From: Camelus dromedarius
Taxonomy: Eukaryota
Direction: 5' to 3'
Assembly: GCF_036321535.1 (NCBI RefSeq)
Contig: NC_087436.1
Location: 121,274,001-121,338,000 of the forward strand
Length of the DNA: 64,000 bases
Every line of letters starts with the position of its first letter. The stretch's first letter is position 1. Position numbers and translations under genes: made by a program. The notes beneath the pieces were generated by a model. It saw only the letters and a list, made by a program, of their open reading frames with translations, did no database searches and was not told where the DNA came from. Shown here piece by piece: positions 47,750 through 62,190 of the stretch.

Positions 47750-49550
47750 AGGTACAGCTCAATAGAAAAAGGTAGACCATCTGATTTAAAAATAGGCAGA
47801 GGATCTGAATAGACAGTTTTCCACAGGAGACAAACAGCTGGCCGACAGGCACGCGACAAGATGCTCAATGTGGCTGAGCATCAGGGAAATGTGAATCAAA
47901 ACCACGAGGTGCCACCTCACACCTGCTAGAACAGCTGCTCTCAAAGAGGCAAGAGATAGCAAATGCTGGTGAAGATGTGCAGAAAGGGGACCCTTGTGCA
48001 CTGCTGGTGGGAGCGTAAATTAGCACAGCCGCTATGGGAAACAGTGTGGGGCTTCCTCAAAAAATTAGAAATGGAGCTACTATATGATCCAGCAATCCCA
48101 CTTCTGGGCATAAACACAGGACTGAAAGCAGAGGCCGGAGCAGATTCTTGTACACCCACGTCCACAGCAGTGCTGTTCACAATCACCAAAAAGTGGGGGC
48201 AACCCAGGTGTCCACTGACAGATGAATGGATGAACAAAACGTGGTCCATCCACACAGTGGAGTGTTACTCAGCCTTAAAAAGGAAGGAAATGCTGACACC
48301 GGCTACAACATGAGTGAACTTTGAGGGTGTTATGCTCAGGGAAATAAGCCAGTCATAGGAGGACAAATACTGTGTGACTCCACTTATGCGAGGTCTCCCT
48401 AGGGGAGTCAGAGACAGAAAATAGACTAGTGGGCACCGGCAGCTGGGGGTAGGGGAGTGAGGAGTTAGTGTTTAATGGGGATAGAGTTTCAGCTCTGTAA
48501 GCTGAGTTACGGGGGTGGAGGGTGGTGATGGCTGCACAACAATATGAACGTACTTACTGCTACTGACCTGTACGCTTGAAAATGTTAAAATGTCCAGATG
48601 GCCAACAGGCATATGAAAAGATGCTCAATTTCACTAATTATTAGATAAATGTGAATCAAAACTGCAATGAGGTATCACCTCACACCAGTCAGAATGACCA
48701 TCATTAAAAAGTCTACAAATAATAATTGCTGGAGAGGGTGTGGAGAACAGGGAGCCCTCCTGCACTGCTGGTGGGAACGTAAATTGATGCAGCCACTATG
48801 GAGGACAGTGTGGAAATTCCTTTAAAAACTAAAAATAGAGTTACCCTGTGATCCAGCAATCCCACTCCTGGGCATGTGTCAGGAGAAGACTGTAATTTGA
48901 AAAGACACCTGCACCCCAGTGTTCACAGCAGCACAATGTACAAGAGGCAAGACATGGAAGCACCTAATGTCCCTCAGCAGACGACTGGATAAAGAAGGTG
49001 CGGTGCATTTGCACACAACGGAGCACTACTCAGACATAAAAAGGAATGAAACAGTGCCATTCGCAGCAATGTGGACGGAGCTAGAGATTATTATACTAAG
49101 TGGAGTAAGTCAGACAGAGAAAGACAAATGTCATATGATGTCACTTGTATGTGGAATCTAAAAAAAGATACAAATTTTATTTACAAATCAGAAATAGACT
49201 CATGGACATAGAAAACAAACTGGTTACTGGGGGGAAGGGGGAGGGGAGGGGAGGGATAAGTTAGGAGTTTGGGATTAACAGATACACACTACTATACGTA
49301 AAACAGATAAACAACAAGGACCTACTATATAGCACAGGGAACTACATCCAATTGCTTGCAATGAGCTGTAACGGAAAAGAATCTGAAAAAATGCACCTAT
49401 GTAATTATACGTATAAGTGAATCACACTGCTGTACACCTGAAACTTACACTGTAAATTGACTACACTTCAATAAAAAATAAGGATAAAAAGAGAAAATGG
49501 TTAAAATGGTAGTTTTTAAGATACACGTATTTTAGTATACTTAAAAAATT
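47750..49550 (+). mobile_element. L1MB-like 3' end interrupted near its terminus by a younger L1 3' fragment (~48593-49490)
   Basis: Two consecutive copies of the ORF2 C-terminus ([12 protein letters not shown] at 47963+, again at ~48760). AAAATG(G)TTAAAATG on both sides of the inner copy (~48579 and ~49495). Confidence 0.85.
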
Positions 49551-51253
49551 GTGGAAACACAAAGAACTGAAAATACCCAAAACAATTTATAAAAAGAATA
49601 ACACAGCTGAAAGATTTATTGTTCCAGATTTTAAGACTTCACAGTGACCAGGACAGTCTGCTGAGATGTGGGCAGACTCCACTCATCCAGGGACAGAACA
49701 CAGACTCGGGGGGCAGACACACACATTTGAGGGCAACTGATTTCCAAGAAAGATGCCCAAACCGCTCAGTCATGAAGGGACAGCGTTTTCCACCAGCTGT
49801 GCTGAGACCCTGGAGATCCGTGTGGAAAGACGTCCTTGGGGACCCATCCCCACCGCGTGAGCCACTGAGCATAACACAACCATGTTTCCTCCGCTGTGAA
49901 GCTTTCTTTCCCTGAAGCTGCTGACTTCCTCTGATTTTCAAAACGTGTGTGAGCATAAGCAAGGGCCGCCAGGGGTGCCCGCAGCACGAGGAGAGAGAAG
50001 CCGTGCACCCGCCCCATCCACCTCACACGGAACAGGAGGACGGCGGGGCTGCACTCTCACAACACAGGCTGCAAAGCCAAGGCGCCCTGGAGGCCGAGCA
50101 CCAAGGCCGCAGCCTGGAAGTGGGCGGGAGAGACACGCCCAAGGGTGGTTCTTGAATGCAGACCATGCCGTGCGCGCTCACTGGGCTGGGCACAAAGGGG
50201 TCACTGGGGAAGAGCGGGGGCTCCCAGGGTCTCCAAGAGGGCCTGAAGCCCAGGCCCAGGGGTCCCTGCGCCAGGAACTGCCGCCTGCCCCACCCCTGGT
50301 CGGGCCCTGCATTCTCACCGGCTCTCTGCTCCCTCCACGCAGGTGGGTTTCGCCATCTGCCCAGCGTACCTGCTGCCTCCGCGTCCCCTGGGCTGACTGC
50401 ATGACTGCGTTACCCCCATGGATAGACAGGCTCTGCTGGGTGGTGAGACACGAGGTCCCTGAAGACAAAGGTGGTGCAGGCAGGGAGCTGAGGTGGCCTC
50501 TCAGGAAGGAGAGGATGGCGAGTCAAAGCCAACAGGGGACAGTGCCGGGCGGACAGGCTGCCCTGTCCGCAGGCCGGCCGATTTGCCCCAGGAAGAGCCT
50601 CACGTGGATGATGGCAGCTGCAGAGGGCGCCCTCACTGGGCAGAGCTGATGGGAGCCACGCTGTCTTCCAAGACCGCCCGTCTTGCAGAAGCCAACCAGG
50701 GTGTACCGGGGCCCCCACTCCCATTTTCAAGGCTTGTCTTTGGGAAGGTAAGATGGTTCTGGGGCCATTCGGGGGACTGGGCCAGTTCCATGGTCCTGTA
50801 GACATTCAGGACCTGGGTGGGTGACCTCAGGATGGTGCGGGTCCCCCCAGCCCGCCCAAGGTGGATGCAGTGGGACTGCTCCTAGCACCCTCTGCCACAA
50901 GCCCCCCTCGGAGTGAGACCCCCGAGGCACCCGGAGTCCTGGAGGGGACTCTGGACTCAGCCAGTGCCTGGAGGTCTGGGTGACCCTCCCACCCCTGCCC
51001 TACATCACCCTCTGTAAAGCACCAGAGTCCTAACTGATGACCATTCACCTACTTTGTCTGCAGTCCAGCTCCAGCCCCCTGTCAACATCTGATTTATGTG
51101 ACACTGTCCCCTGTGGAGAACACAGTAGGTGGTCAGTAGGACAGCTATGAGGTGAAGGGAGAAGGGGCATCTTCTGCGCCCCTGGGGTCACAGTCCCGGG
51201 ATGCGGGAAACGCAGCGAGGTGCACCGCCCTCCGCACACGCCGAGTCTCCGTA

Positions 51254-53141
51254 AGGCGGCTTCTCAAACCGTGATCGGTGCCCCCTCCTCCGAGGGTCCC
51301 TGTGGCCAAACTCTTCGGTGACGATACGGAGGAAGAATGCACGCGCAGCTTCAGTGTTTGGCACTTGCCATGGTGAGTCTCCGGCACGGATCAGGGCAGG
51401 TACCAGACGCTGGCGGTGGCGGCAGCGAAAGTGCTAGTTTCACTTGAGCGTCCTCGATGGGCAGTAAAAATAGTTGGTGTTCTAAAATCTTGAATCCACG
51501 ACTTTTGAAAACTCCGTGAGGCAGGACGGCGAGTGCGCCGGAGCCCTGCCGCCTCGGCCCCGAGCGCAGGCGTGGGGCCGCCGGCCCAGCTGTGTGCTTC
51601 CGTCTAACGGAGCGGCTTTCTGTGGGAAAGAAGGACTGACAGAAACTGGTTATTCAGACTTGGGAACCTGGCAGACATTTTCTTGAAAACGCCCAAAGTG
51701 AGCCTGTCCCATCACGGAAAACCCACAGCGTATGATCAACAATAAAATTCAAGCGTTTGCGCGAAAGTTAGAGGCTTTTTAATTGAAGTATAGTTGATTT
51801 ACAGTGTTATGTGTTTCCGGTGTGCAGCAGAGCGATTCAGTTACACACACACACACATATATGTATTCTTTTTCAGATTCTTTTTCATTATAGCTTATTA
51901 CAAGCTACTGAATACAGTTCTCCGTCTCATACAGTAGACACTTGTTGTTTATCTGTTTTATACATAGTAGTTTGTATCTGCTAATCCCAGACTCCTAATT
52001 CATCCTCCTCCTCTCGTTCCCGTTGGGTGACCATAAGTTTGTTTTCTGTCTGTGAGTCTCTGTTTTGTAAATAAGTTCATTTGTATCTTTTTTTTAGATT
52101 CTACAAGTCAGTGATACCATATGTTATTTGTCTTTCTCTTTCTGGCTGACTTCACTTAGATCTTCAGGTCCATCCATGTTGCTGCAAATGGCATTATTTC
52201 ATTCTTTTTATGGCTGAGTCGTATTCCATTGTGTATATAGACCACAACTGCTTTATCCAGTCATCTGTCAGTGGACACTGAGGTTGTTCCCATGTCTTGG
52301 CTACTGAAAATAGTGCTGCTGTGAACACTGAGGTGCTTGTGTCTTTTCCAGTTAAGCGTTTTCTCCGAAGCTGGAATTTTGAAAAGCTTGTATCCACCAC
52401 CATGAGTTTGCCAACTTACTGAACTAAAGACTTTTCCGATGAGACTGACAGTGATATTCACAAAGGTGACGCCTGGACACTGTTCAATGACTGTGCTGAC
52501 ATTTAGAAGACCCGCAGTGCTTGGTGATCTGTTATTTTCCAAATGCCCAGTGTGTAATGTCACAAAAGCAAGCGGGGATAAAGACTTGTCCAAGGGCAGA
52601 ACAGACTGACAGATTCCAATGAGACACAGAGTGAAAGTCCATTGATACGATTTCAGAGTCCACACGCAACCAGCCCGCAAGCGACCGCAGCATGTCCAGC
52701 CTGGGTGTCGTCAGGAGGAAGGGCCACGGCGGCCCGCAGGTGTTATTAGAACCTTCCTTCTTTTCCAAACACACACGTCCGCGTGAGGCTGCATTCCCAC
52801 AGATTCTCACACTCCGGAACCAAGCCTCTCCCGCAGTGGGAGGAGCCCACCGACCTCTCGCAGAGAGTGAAGGAAATGGGACACAATGTCACCCTTCTTG
52901 CTAAAACTTCTCTTTTTGGAAGATATACATTTTCACGCAATCGTTATGCATGTTACCCTGTCATGGGTTTATGGTTATGCTGAAGTGGATAAATACTTCT
53001 AAAATCTCGGGTTTAACATCTAAGAAGGCACTGTGAGAGCTACTGATACTGATAGAACCCAACGAAACAAAAGCTCTTTCGCATCTACCGCAGTTTTTAA
53101 GAGGGTTGTAGGGGTCCCACGGCCCCCGTTTGAGAACCAGC
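51254..53141 (+). mobile_element. Charlie1-family hAT DNA transposon (Charlie1a-like), split by an L1 insert
   Basis: Terminal inverted motifs TTCTCAAAC (51261) and GTTTGAGAA (53128). Internal TGGTTATTCAGACTTGGGAACCTGGCAGACATTTTC (WLFRLGNLADIF) and AAAGACTTTTCCGATGAG (KDFSDE). 3' AAAAGCTCTTT...TTTTTAAGAG...GGGGTCC. Confidence 0.8.
51776..52351 (-). mobile_element. L1 3' end nested in the Charlie element
   Basis: TTTTTAATTGAAGTATAGTTGATTTACA start; ORF2 C-terminal remnant FTAALFSVAKTWEQPQCPLTDDWIKQLWSIYTMEY. Confidence 0.88.
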
Positions 53142-56100
53142 CCTAGGGTGGCCCTGCTGAAGAGCGCGGGTTCCCTCAGCCTTGCGGGGTGACGCCCGGC
53201 TCCCCCCTCACGCCCCGACCAGCCGTGGCGAGACTGCCCCGCCTCGCGAGCAGGAAGCGCCTGTTTTATCTTGTGGCCCCCGGCCCCCGGCCCCCGGCGT
53301 CTTGGGGCCTCGCACGTCCCCCTACTCTCATCGGCCTCGGAACTTTGGCTCCGCTCCTTTTCCACACAGATTTTAAAATAATTTCATCTGTTTCAAAACA
53401 AACAAAAAAGTGCAGCCTTATTGAGAACAGAGTTGGAATTCTATCAGTGACATTTTGTTTTAGTTTATTCTGGACTTCCCAGAGTTAAGCCAAGTCTCTC
53501 CACCTGCTAAGGATTGTTTTAAAATTTTCAATAAAACTGAGAAGTTTTTCTTCATGTGGAGCCTTTGCCTTTCTGCCTAAATACTTCTCCATTCTCATAT
53601 TTAACAGGTCTAAGGCGGTTTAAGAGCTTTTGATCTTCTGTATAATTCGGTTCTCTGAGCATACAAAAATAGCTGAAAATTAAGGGTTTTTTTATTAATT
53701 TCATCTCTTATCCTGTTTATTTTACTTGCCTTAATGCATTAGTGACAAATGTCAAAACCACATAAAAGAATGATGGTGAGAGGTGGCCCGTTTGTCTGGC
53801 TCTTGATTTTAGGTTTCAGCCTTAAAGTGCCGTTCTGCTGCATCTTATCAGCTGTTTCAGCGTTGGTGGAGATCGCCGCTTCTTCCTCCGCGACAGACCA
53901 ATAACTGCAGAAGAAAGTTAGAGGCACACTGTCCATGAGCAGCGTGAGCCCCAGCTGGGCCCCACTGCACGGTAGAAGATAAAAGAGCAGGGAAGGGAAA
54001 ACAGAGCCCATCACCTCCAAGCAAGGTTGCAAAAACGCAAAGTGACATATTGGAACTGTAACTCACAGTTTCTGAAATACTAATCCGTCACCACCCCGAT
54101 TCTAGGAATGCACGCAATGTTGTTTACGGTGAAGATTCTGCAACACGACCCAGACCCTCCGTCTGCCACATCCTCGGGGCTGCAGGTGGGACCACCCTAA
54201 CGGGGCCGCAAGTGGCAGACCCTCTCAGGCCCAGCCGAGCAGGGCCTGTGTCAGTTAATCCAGTGAGTTCTCATGCTGGTGTCTCGTCCAAGAGGCAGGT
54301 GGGCAGCTGAGCTGGAATCTCGGCAGGGCGAGCCTGGAGCTCAGGTCCCCGTCTGTGTGGGGACTGGTGGCCGGCTGCGCACAACCCTTTGCCGTGACGG
54401 CCCAGCGATGTCAGGTAGGCAGTGGATTTTGAGGGAATATTTATACATCAAGGTTCCCCTCCGCCACAGAGCCTGCGACTCGCTCACCAAACACACCGCT
54501 GCCTTTGGTCCCAAAGCAGGACGCTTTGTCCCAGGAGGTGGGCTCTGGGCAAATGCCCCTGGCTGCCCAGCTCTGCTCTCTGTGCATGGGGCGCCCAGCC
54601 TCTCCCTCCTGCAGGCAGGTCTCGGGCTGGCCTCTGCAGCCCCCGTGACCACAGGGGCTCCCGATTACTGCCAGCTGACCTCAGGGCCACTGGAGGTTCA
54701 GGTGAGCTGGTGGCTGTCACACCAGGATGACTGTGGCAACCTCCTGACAGGGACCCTGCTTCCACTCCCCATCCTCCCCAAAAACCCGAGAGTCGGCCAG
54801 GCAAAGCCAGAGGGAGCTTCGCCCACCCGCCACGCCCCCGGAGCCCCGTGGTGGGCCAGCAACTCGCTCATCCAGGGCGAATTCGACATTCCATGTAGAA
54901 CAAAGAACAAAAGGGTGTTTCTGCTCACCGCCCCCTTATACAGGGTGGGCCCGTGGCCGTCACTGACTGTGCACCCTAAGAGGAATCAAGGCAGGGACAG
55001 GATGAAGCCCTCAGCCTCCAAACCGAGGCCGTGAGGACAACGGGTGTCCTGTGCTCTGGACAAACAGGCCCGTGGACAGGTTGTTGTGTATCTCGGGGGA
55101 ATTTTAATAAGCCCAGATTCTTCCCATACAGAGAAAAGCACCAAACCCAGGAGTCGAGGTGTCTGTTCTTGGTGGCCAGCTGTAATCTTCTGTTGGGATG
55201 TGTCCCTGACAGCATGGACGCCCTACCAAAGTCACATGAGCAGTGGCCTCTCCCCACCTCTTCCAAACAGCTTCCCTGGAGCTGCCAAGCAGCTGTGTCC
55301 CAGGCTCAGGTCCCCGTCATACCCAGAAGACAACTCACGACTCTGCTGGACCGCTTCTTCCAGCTGCACCTGCACCGCTGTCCTCTGCAGCCTGGACCGG
55401 AAGCCCAGCAGCTGATGTGACGCCGGCGGGGGGCGGGGGGGTAAGGGCTTCTGGAAAGGCTCCACCCCCGCACCCCAGCTCCTCTCCCTCCCAGATGGGG
55501 TTCTGAGTGTGGCTGCCGAGACCTTCCTGGCCGGAGCGCTCCCCGGGCTTGGGGAGCGCAGGCCTCCCACGCGGTCGCTGCTCCGGGTGCCACGCCCCCC
55601 AGCTGTGCGTGTCTGCGGCTGACCCCTCCGGGTCTGCATCCTGCGGGCAGCCCCGCCCTCCGGGCACTTTCACAACCTGCTCTGACCTCCCTTCTCTACT
55701 CACTGGCTTGTCTCCCCAGGGCCAGGCCTCCATCTCATCCCCCCACATCCCTGGGCTGGACAATTGAACGGGGCCTTCGCTTTTATGAGTGTTGTTACAG
55801 AGGAGGACTTGGGACACCTGGCGTCTCCGGGGGAGGAACGCGGTGCGGACCCTGGGGTCTGCCCCGGGGACAGAAGCTGTCCAAGGACAGATGCAGCAGG
55901 CTCAGGCAAGGGAAAGACCTGCCTCGGAGCTCTCTCCACCTGCCTTGCTCTCAGATTGACCGACCTGCTGCCTCCCTCCAGGCCTGCGCCCGTGGGCTCT
56001 GCTATCAGGGAGTGATGGAAATTACACGTTTAGCATCCAGAGCTGTTTCAAGTACCATCAAGAGTGAGGGTGCTGGAGAGCAGGTTCTGGGATGTTCCCA

Positions 56101-56288
56101 CGGGGAACAACCCGGAGTTAACCCTGGAGTGCTGGCCCTGAGCCCAAGGCGGGGCTTTAATGCTGCAGGCGGGGACTCGAGAGCCCCTTGGAAGGAAGTT
56201 TCCCCCAGGGCAGCCAGGGCTGTGAGGGGGCAGGCGGGCGGGCCGAGGGGGCGTGTGCCAGCAGAGCCCCGCCAGCGCCAGCGGCGGC

Positions 56289-56819
<531 letters not shown>

Positions 56820-57727
56820 TCATCTCCCAGCAGCCTGTGGTGAGGCCAGCATGCCCTGGGGGTGGAGGCAGGGGGACAGGCACCCACAGGGGTCAGGCCA
56901 CAGGCTGCCCCCCAGGACCAAAACCTCTGGTGGGCAGGCAGTGGAGGAGCCAAGGCCCACAGCCTGCACTCTGCTGGGGGTGGGGGGCACCCCGGGTCTA
57001 ACTGGCCCCCACTGGGAGGCAGGGAGCTGCCAAATCCCACCAGACCCCCAGGCCCTGCCTGTCCCCTGGCCCCAGCCCTGCACTTCCATGCAGAACGGTG
57101 ACCCAGCCAACCTCAGGGGCAACCGTCAGTCTGGGAACTCAGCTCAATCCCCATAAACCTTAGGCTTCCCAAAGACACTTCTGTCAGAGGCCTCTGCTGA
57201 GAAATGCCCCCAGGAAGGGGCACTGGAGCAGCAGCCCTGACACGCGGGTGTCAGACTGCAGGGACGCCCAGAGGTGCCGTCCCCGCCTGCACGTCTGGCA
57301 GCTCAAACCCACACCCTTCCCGTTCTCTTCCCCACTGGCCAACTCCTATTCACCCTTGAAAGCCCAGCCAAACGCCACCTCCCGACACCCCGGCCCCACA
57401 CCACAGGGGTGTGTCTCCCGCACACTGTCGAATGGCATCTTGAGGTGGGGTTGGCCCACGCCCAGTGGGACACAATGGACAGCACATGGGCCGGGCCCGC
57501 CCACCGCAACCAGGCTCCAAGGACCCCCTGGGGGCTCAGTCTGACACCTCTCCCTGGTGCTGAGGACTGGCCGGCCAGCCAAGCGCAGGGGGAAGGGACC
57601 CCAGGGGACCCCAGACCCATGGTCTGCTTGGGGTGAGGGGACCCTGAGAGCTGGAAGCCAAGGGGTGGGCCAGGTGCCCAGGTCTGTTCTGGCCTCCACA
57701 GTGCCAGTCCTCCATGGAGAAGGTCCT

Positions 57728-57835
57728 GATTTATCCCCATGTTACAGAGGGAGACTGAGGCCCAGAGAGGTCAAGGACTTTCGCAAGGCCCAGCAGTGAC
57801 AGCCGGGAGACGATCCCAGTCTGCGGACTCGGCAG
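57728..57835 (+). mobile_element. MIR remnant
   Basis: TTATCCCCATGTTACAGAGGGAGACTGAGGCCCAGAGAGGTCAAGGACTTTCGCAAGGCC. Confidence 0.8.
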
Positions 57836-58008
57836 CCGGGCTCCAGGGACCACCTGCCTTCCTGCCCTCGGCCTCCCTGTCCCCGGAGGCTTCTGCACAC
57901 CACCTGGGCCTCCAGGGACGCGGTCGCCACGCCCCTCGCAGCTCCCAGCCCCTCCTCCTCCGGCCTGGCCCCGCTGGCTCGCGTGGGGGCGGGAGGAAGC
58001 GCACACTA

Positions 58009-58350
<342 letters not shown>

Positions 58351-58734
58351 TCAGCAGAGGGGCCCTCGGGGCTCCGGACCCGGGAGCCGCGTGGCACAGG
58401 TGGGAGCCACTCTCGGCCTCCTCAGAAAAATCGGCCAGGCTCCAGGCCAAGGTGACAGTGGACTTAGGAAGAATTCAGTCTCAGGACCTACAGCGCCTTG
58501 GATGCGGAGAAGGGAGAGCGCACCCCGTGTGGACAAGGCGATCTGTAAGTGACGGACCTTGGGCTGATTCCTACCACCCTCTCTTTGCTTTCCTGTTTCC
58601 TAAACTCTGCAGTGAACAAATACTGCGTTTAAATAAATTAGCCAACAACAGTAAAATCCACAACACAGACATGGGCGTAAAATGCGATGAATAACGCAAT
58701 GCGATAAATGTGCTTTTCTAAAGAGGACGCCTCA

Positions 58735-58960
58735 GGAGCAAGAAGCTCAGGAGTCAGGGGCACAGGCTTGTGTCCAGCAGATCTGAGTCTGTGTCTGTCT
58801 CCACCACTTTGCTGTGTGACTGTGGGCAGGTTCATTAACCTCTCTGAGCCTCCATTTTCACACCAGTAAAATGGGGATGATCAAAGAAGCGAGCTCCTCA
58901 GACAGCTGTTGGAGGATTTAAGGAGACAACGCCCGGTGCCTGGCAGACAGCAAGCCGTCC
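58735..58960 (-). mobile_element. MIR remnant
   Basis: GCTGTGTGACTGTGGGCAGGTTCATTAACCTCTCTGAGCCTCCATTTTCACACCAGTAAAATGGGGATGAT. Confidence 0.8.
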
Positions 58961-61656
58961 AGGTATCGCTCTTGGCTGAAGGTGGCAGGAGGAGCAAGGC
59001 TGGGCCTGACGGACTCCCTTCCCACTGCCTGACACCCCCATCGCTACTCAGACCCCAGGCCGAGGGGCTGCACGGCACAACTCTGCCCACCCGGGCCTGG
59101 CACCCTGCCCAGCCCTGCAGACAGGCCCTGCAGGCCCCTGGGACTTGGCTGTCCCCTGGGAGGTGAGGGGTGGGGAGATGGGGCCACAGGACAGCAGGGC
59201 AGCCCGGGCCAGGCCAGCAAATGGGGGCGGTGAGGGCTCTCTGCCTCCTGAGGCCCAGGGTTGCCTGTGCCCTCAGCCTCAGTCTGCAGACCCCCCATTC
59301 CTGACCCACATTCCTCCCAACGTGGGAAGACCTTCGAGCTACAGAGTGACCCGTGGCCAGGTGGCTCCTGTCTCCTAACATGGGTTTTCTGCTAGGATGT
59401 GGCCGTGGTCACAGCGCTTACTGGAAATAATGAGCTGACCCTCTGAAAGAATCACCCCTGGCAGGGGGGCCTGTGGCTCAGGCAGCAAGCAGAGGCTGGC
59501 CATGGCGGGAGGTGGCCACCTCAATAGCCACTGAGCAGTGTCCTCAGCAGGAAGCCAGGAACAGACCATGTAGGGACGGCCACGGGACCGCTGCCCACCA
59601 GGAGGCTGTGCACACACCAGGCACAGGGGCAGATGACTGCACCCTCCGCCTGGGCTCCCCCCAGCCCTCTGGGACCCCCAGCTCCTGTTTGCCCACCCCA
59701 GCCAGCCCACTCCTTGTAGAAATGAGGAAAGGCCTGTCCCTAGTGCAGGAAGCCCCTAAATGGTATTCCAGTGAAGCTCGCTCCACGGAACCAGGCCACC
59801 GCCCAGGCTTCCTTAACTGTCAACCTTAATATGTAAAGAGCTACTATGGAAAAATAAGAAGAGCCTTTGCTGTGGGAAGCTCTGGCTGTCAGGGGTGGGG
59901 AGATAAAGAATGAGTCAACCAGCCAAAGCCTGGGAAGGGCTGTGCGGCCTTGGGCAAGTCCCCCTCCCGCTGTAGGCCACAGTCTCCCCCTCAGCGAGTG
60001 GGACCTGGAAGGGGCTGCTGTGTACAAGTGTTTCACAAACTGTGAAGTGCTGTACACGTGTGCAGCCTGCACCCCAGGCCGGACTGCAGTGGCGGGCATG
60101 GAGGCTCCAGAGGAGGCCAGGCCCCGCTCTGCCACACCTGCATCTCCTGTGGCCTCCATAGCCCACATCCCCACCTCCCAGAGTGGAACAGAATCCTTCC
60201 CCTGGGACCCTGATGAAGGCTTTCAGGGTAAATAATGAATAACCTGGCCAGACACCAATCAGAGCCCATGAGTTACAGAGTCAGAGAGGAGGCCAGTAAA
60301 ACAGCCAGCGTCACCTCTGCGGCCCCCTCCTCGCCAGGCACCGAGGGGCGCTGGTGAGCGGTGGGGCGGGGGCGTCTGCGTCCGTGCCTGCAGACAGCTC
60401 AGGCCTCCTGTCAGGAGTGGGTGGCTGGCATCTAACCTCCTCTACCTGAGTAACTCTGATGCCTTCGGACCCCAGCAGCTGCCTCCTTTCCGCCCTAGGG
60501 CCTGGCTGGGGTCGAGGCTGTGGGTCAGAAGTGGCCTTTGGATGGCGCCAGGCTTGGGACCTGGTCCTCCAAGGGCCAAGAAAAGTTAAATTGATGCAAC
60601 TGAAACAGGCTTTGGTTGTTCAGGACCATGGGGAGCAAGCCTCTGCATGTCTCCATGCTCCAGAGGGGCCCGGAGCCACAGGCCCTGCAGGAGGGGTGAG
60701 GGTCTCTCCTTGTCTATTTGCGGGGGAGGGTCCTCTCACCCCTAGAGTGTGGTTCAAGGTGCCCAAGGCCAGCCCGCAGGGCCCAGTCCGCATGCAGCCC
60801 TGGCTGGATCTCGTTCCCCTGCCCGTGGCAGCCACAGCTGGGACCAGCTGGGCCCCTGCACGTCCTCCTGGGACAGCCTCCCCCCACCTCCAGACACGGG
60901 CAAGCCACCCAGGCCGCCCACAGGGCCCGTGCTCATGGTGCCGCTCTCCCCAACAGCCCTCATTCTGGCTTGATGTTTACCCTGCCCATGACCCTCTCCA
61001 CACTTGTGACCTTGGCCCTGCCCATGACCCTCTGCAGATCGACCTGGGCCCCACACTCCGAGCTGCTGGGCATGTGGGGCCACACTGCTCCTTCCCGGAC
61101 GCCAGCACTGCCCTCACTGCCTGGAGCCCCGTGCTTGGCCCTGACTTGGTTTTACCAAGGATGCCAGGGCAGGGGGCCAGTGTGGGACAGGGCAGGGGCA
61201 GAGATGTGTCCTTCCACAAATGGGGCCCATCCCAGGAGCGGGAGCCCCCTGGACACTCGAGGTTTCCCCATGAGCCCTCCACACCCCGCCCCGACCCTGA
61301 GGCCAGTGCTGCACGGTGCTCACAGCTGGCTTGGCGGATGCTAAGATGACAGCACATGGGGACAGGCGGACTCACAGGCCAGGCAGCTGAACCTCCTTCA
61401 CACCTCCAGCCTCGGGTTCCCTGTCTGCACAGCAGTGCCTGCCACTCTGTGGCGCCTGTGCTGGCCCTGGGTCTCCCCGGGGCGGGTGTGTGCAGGCCAA
61501 GAGGGTCACTTGTGGGGCCCAGGGGTAGGGCAGTGCCAAAGGTGCCCTGGGGGTGTCCCTGGCCCAGGGAAGCGGGATCAGTCCCAGCCCTGCCCTCGCT
61601 GGGCCTCAGTCCCCCGACCTCCCCGCCCCCCAGTGACTTCTGCAGGCCCCTTCTCA

Positions 61657-62100
<444 letters not shown>

Positions 62101-62156
62101 TCAAAATGGGGCCTACATCTGACAGGCAGGAATTTAGTTAAAAGCTTTTAAACGGG

Positions 62157-62190
62157 AAACGTCATTTTGATGTCACGTTTCCATAGCAAC
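62157..62190. promoter_or_regulatory. RFX X-box-like motif with adjacent CRE-like sites, upstream of the MSANTD1 CDS
   Basis: GTTTCCATAGCAAC at 62177-62190; TGATGTCA at 62168-62175; ACGTCA at 62159-62164. Confidence 0.55.
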
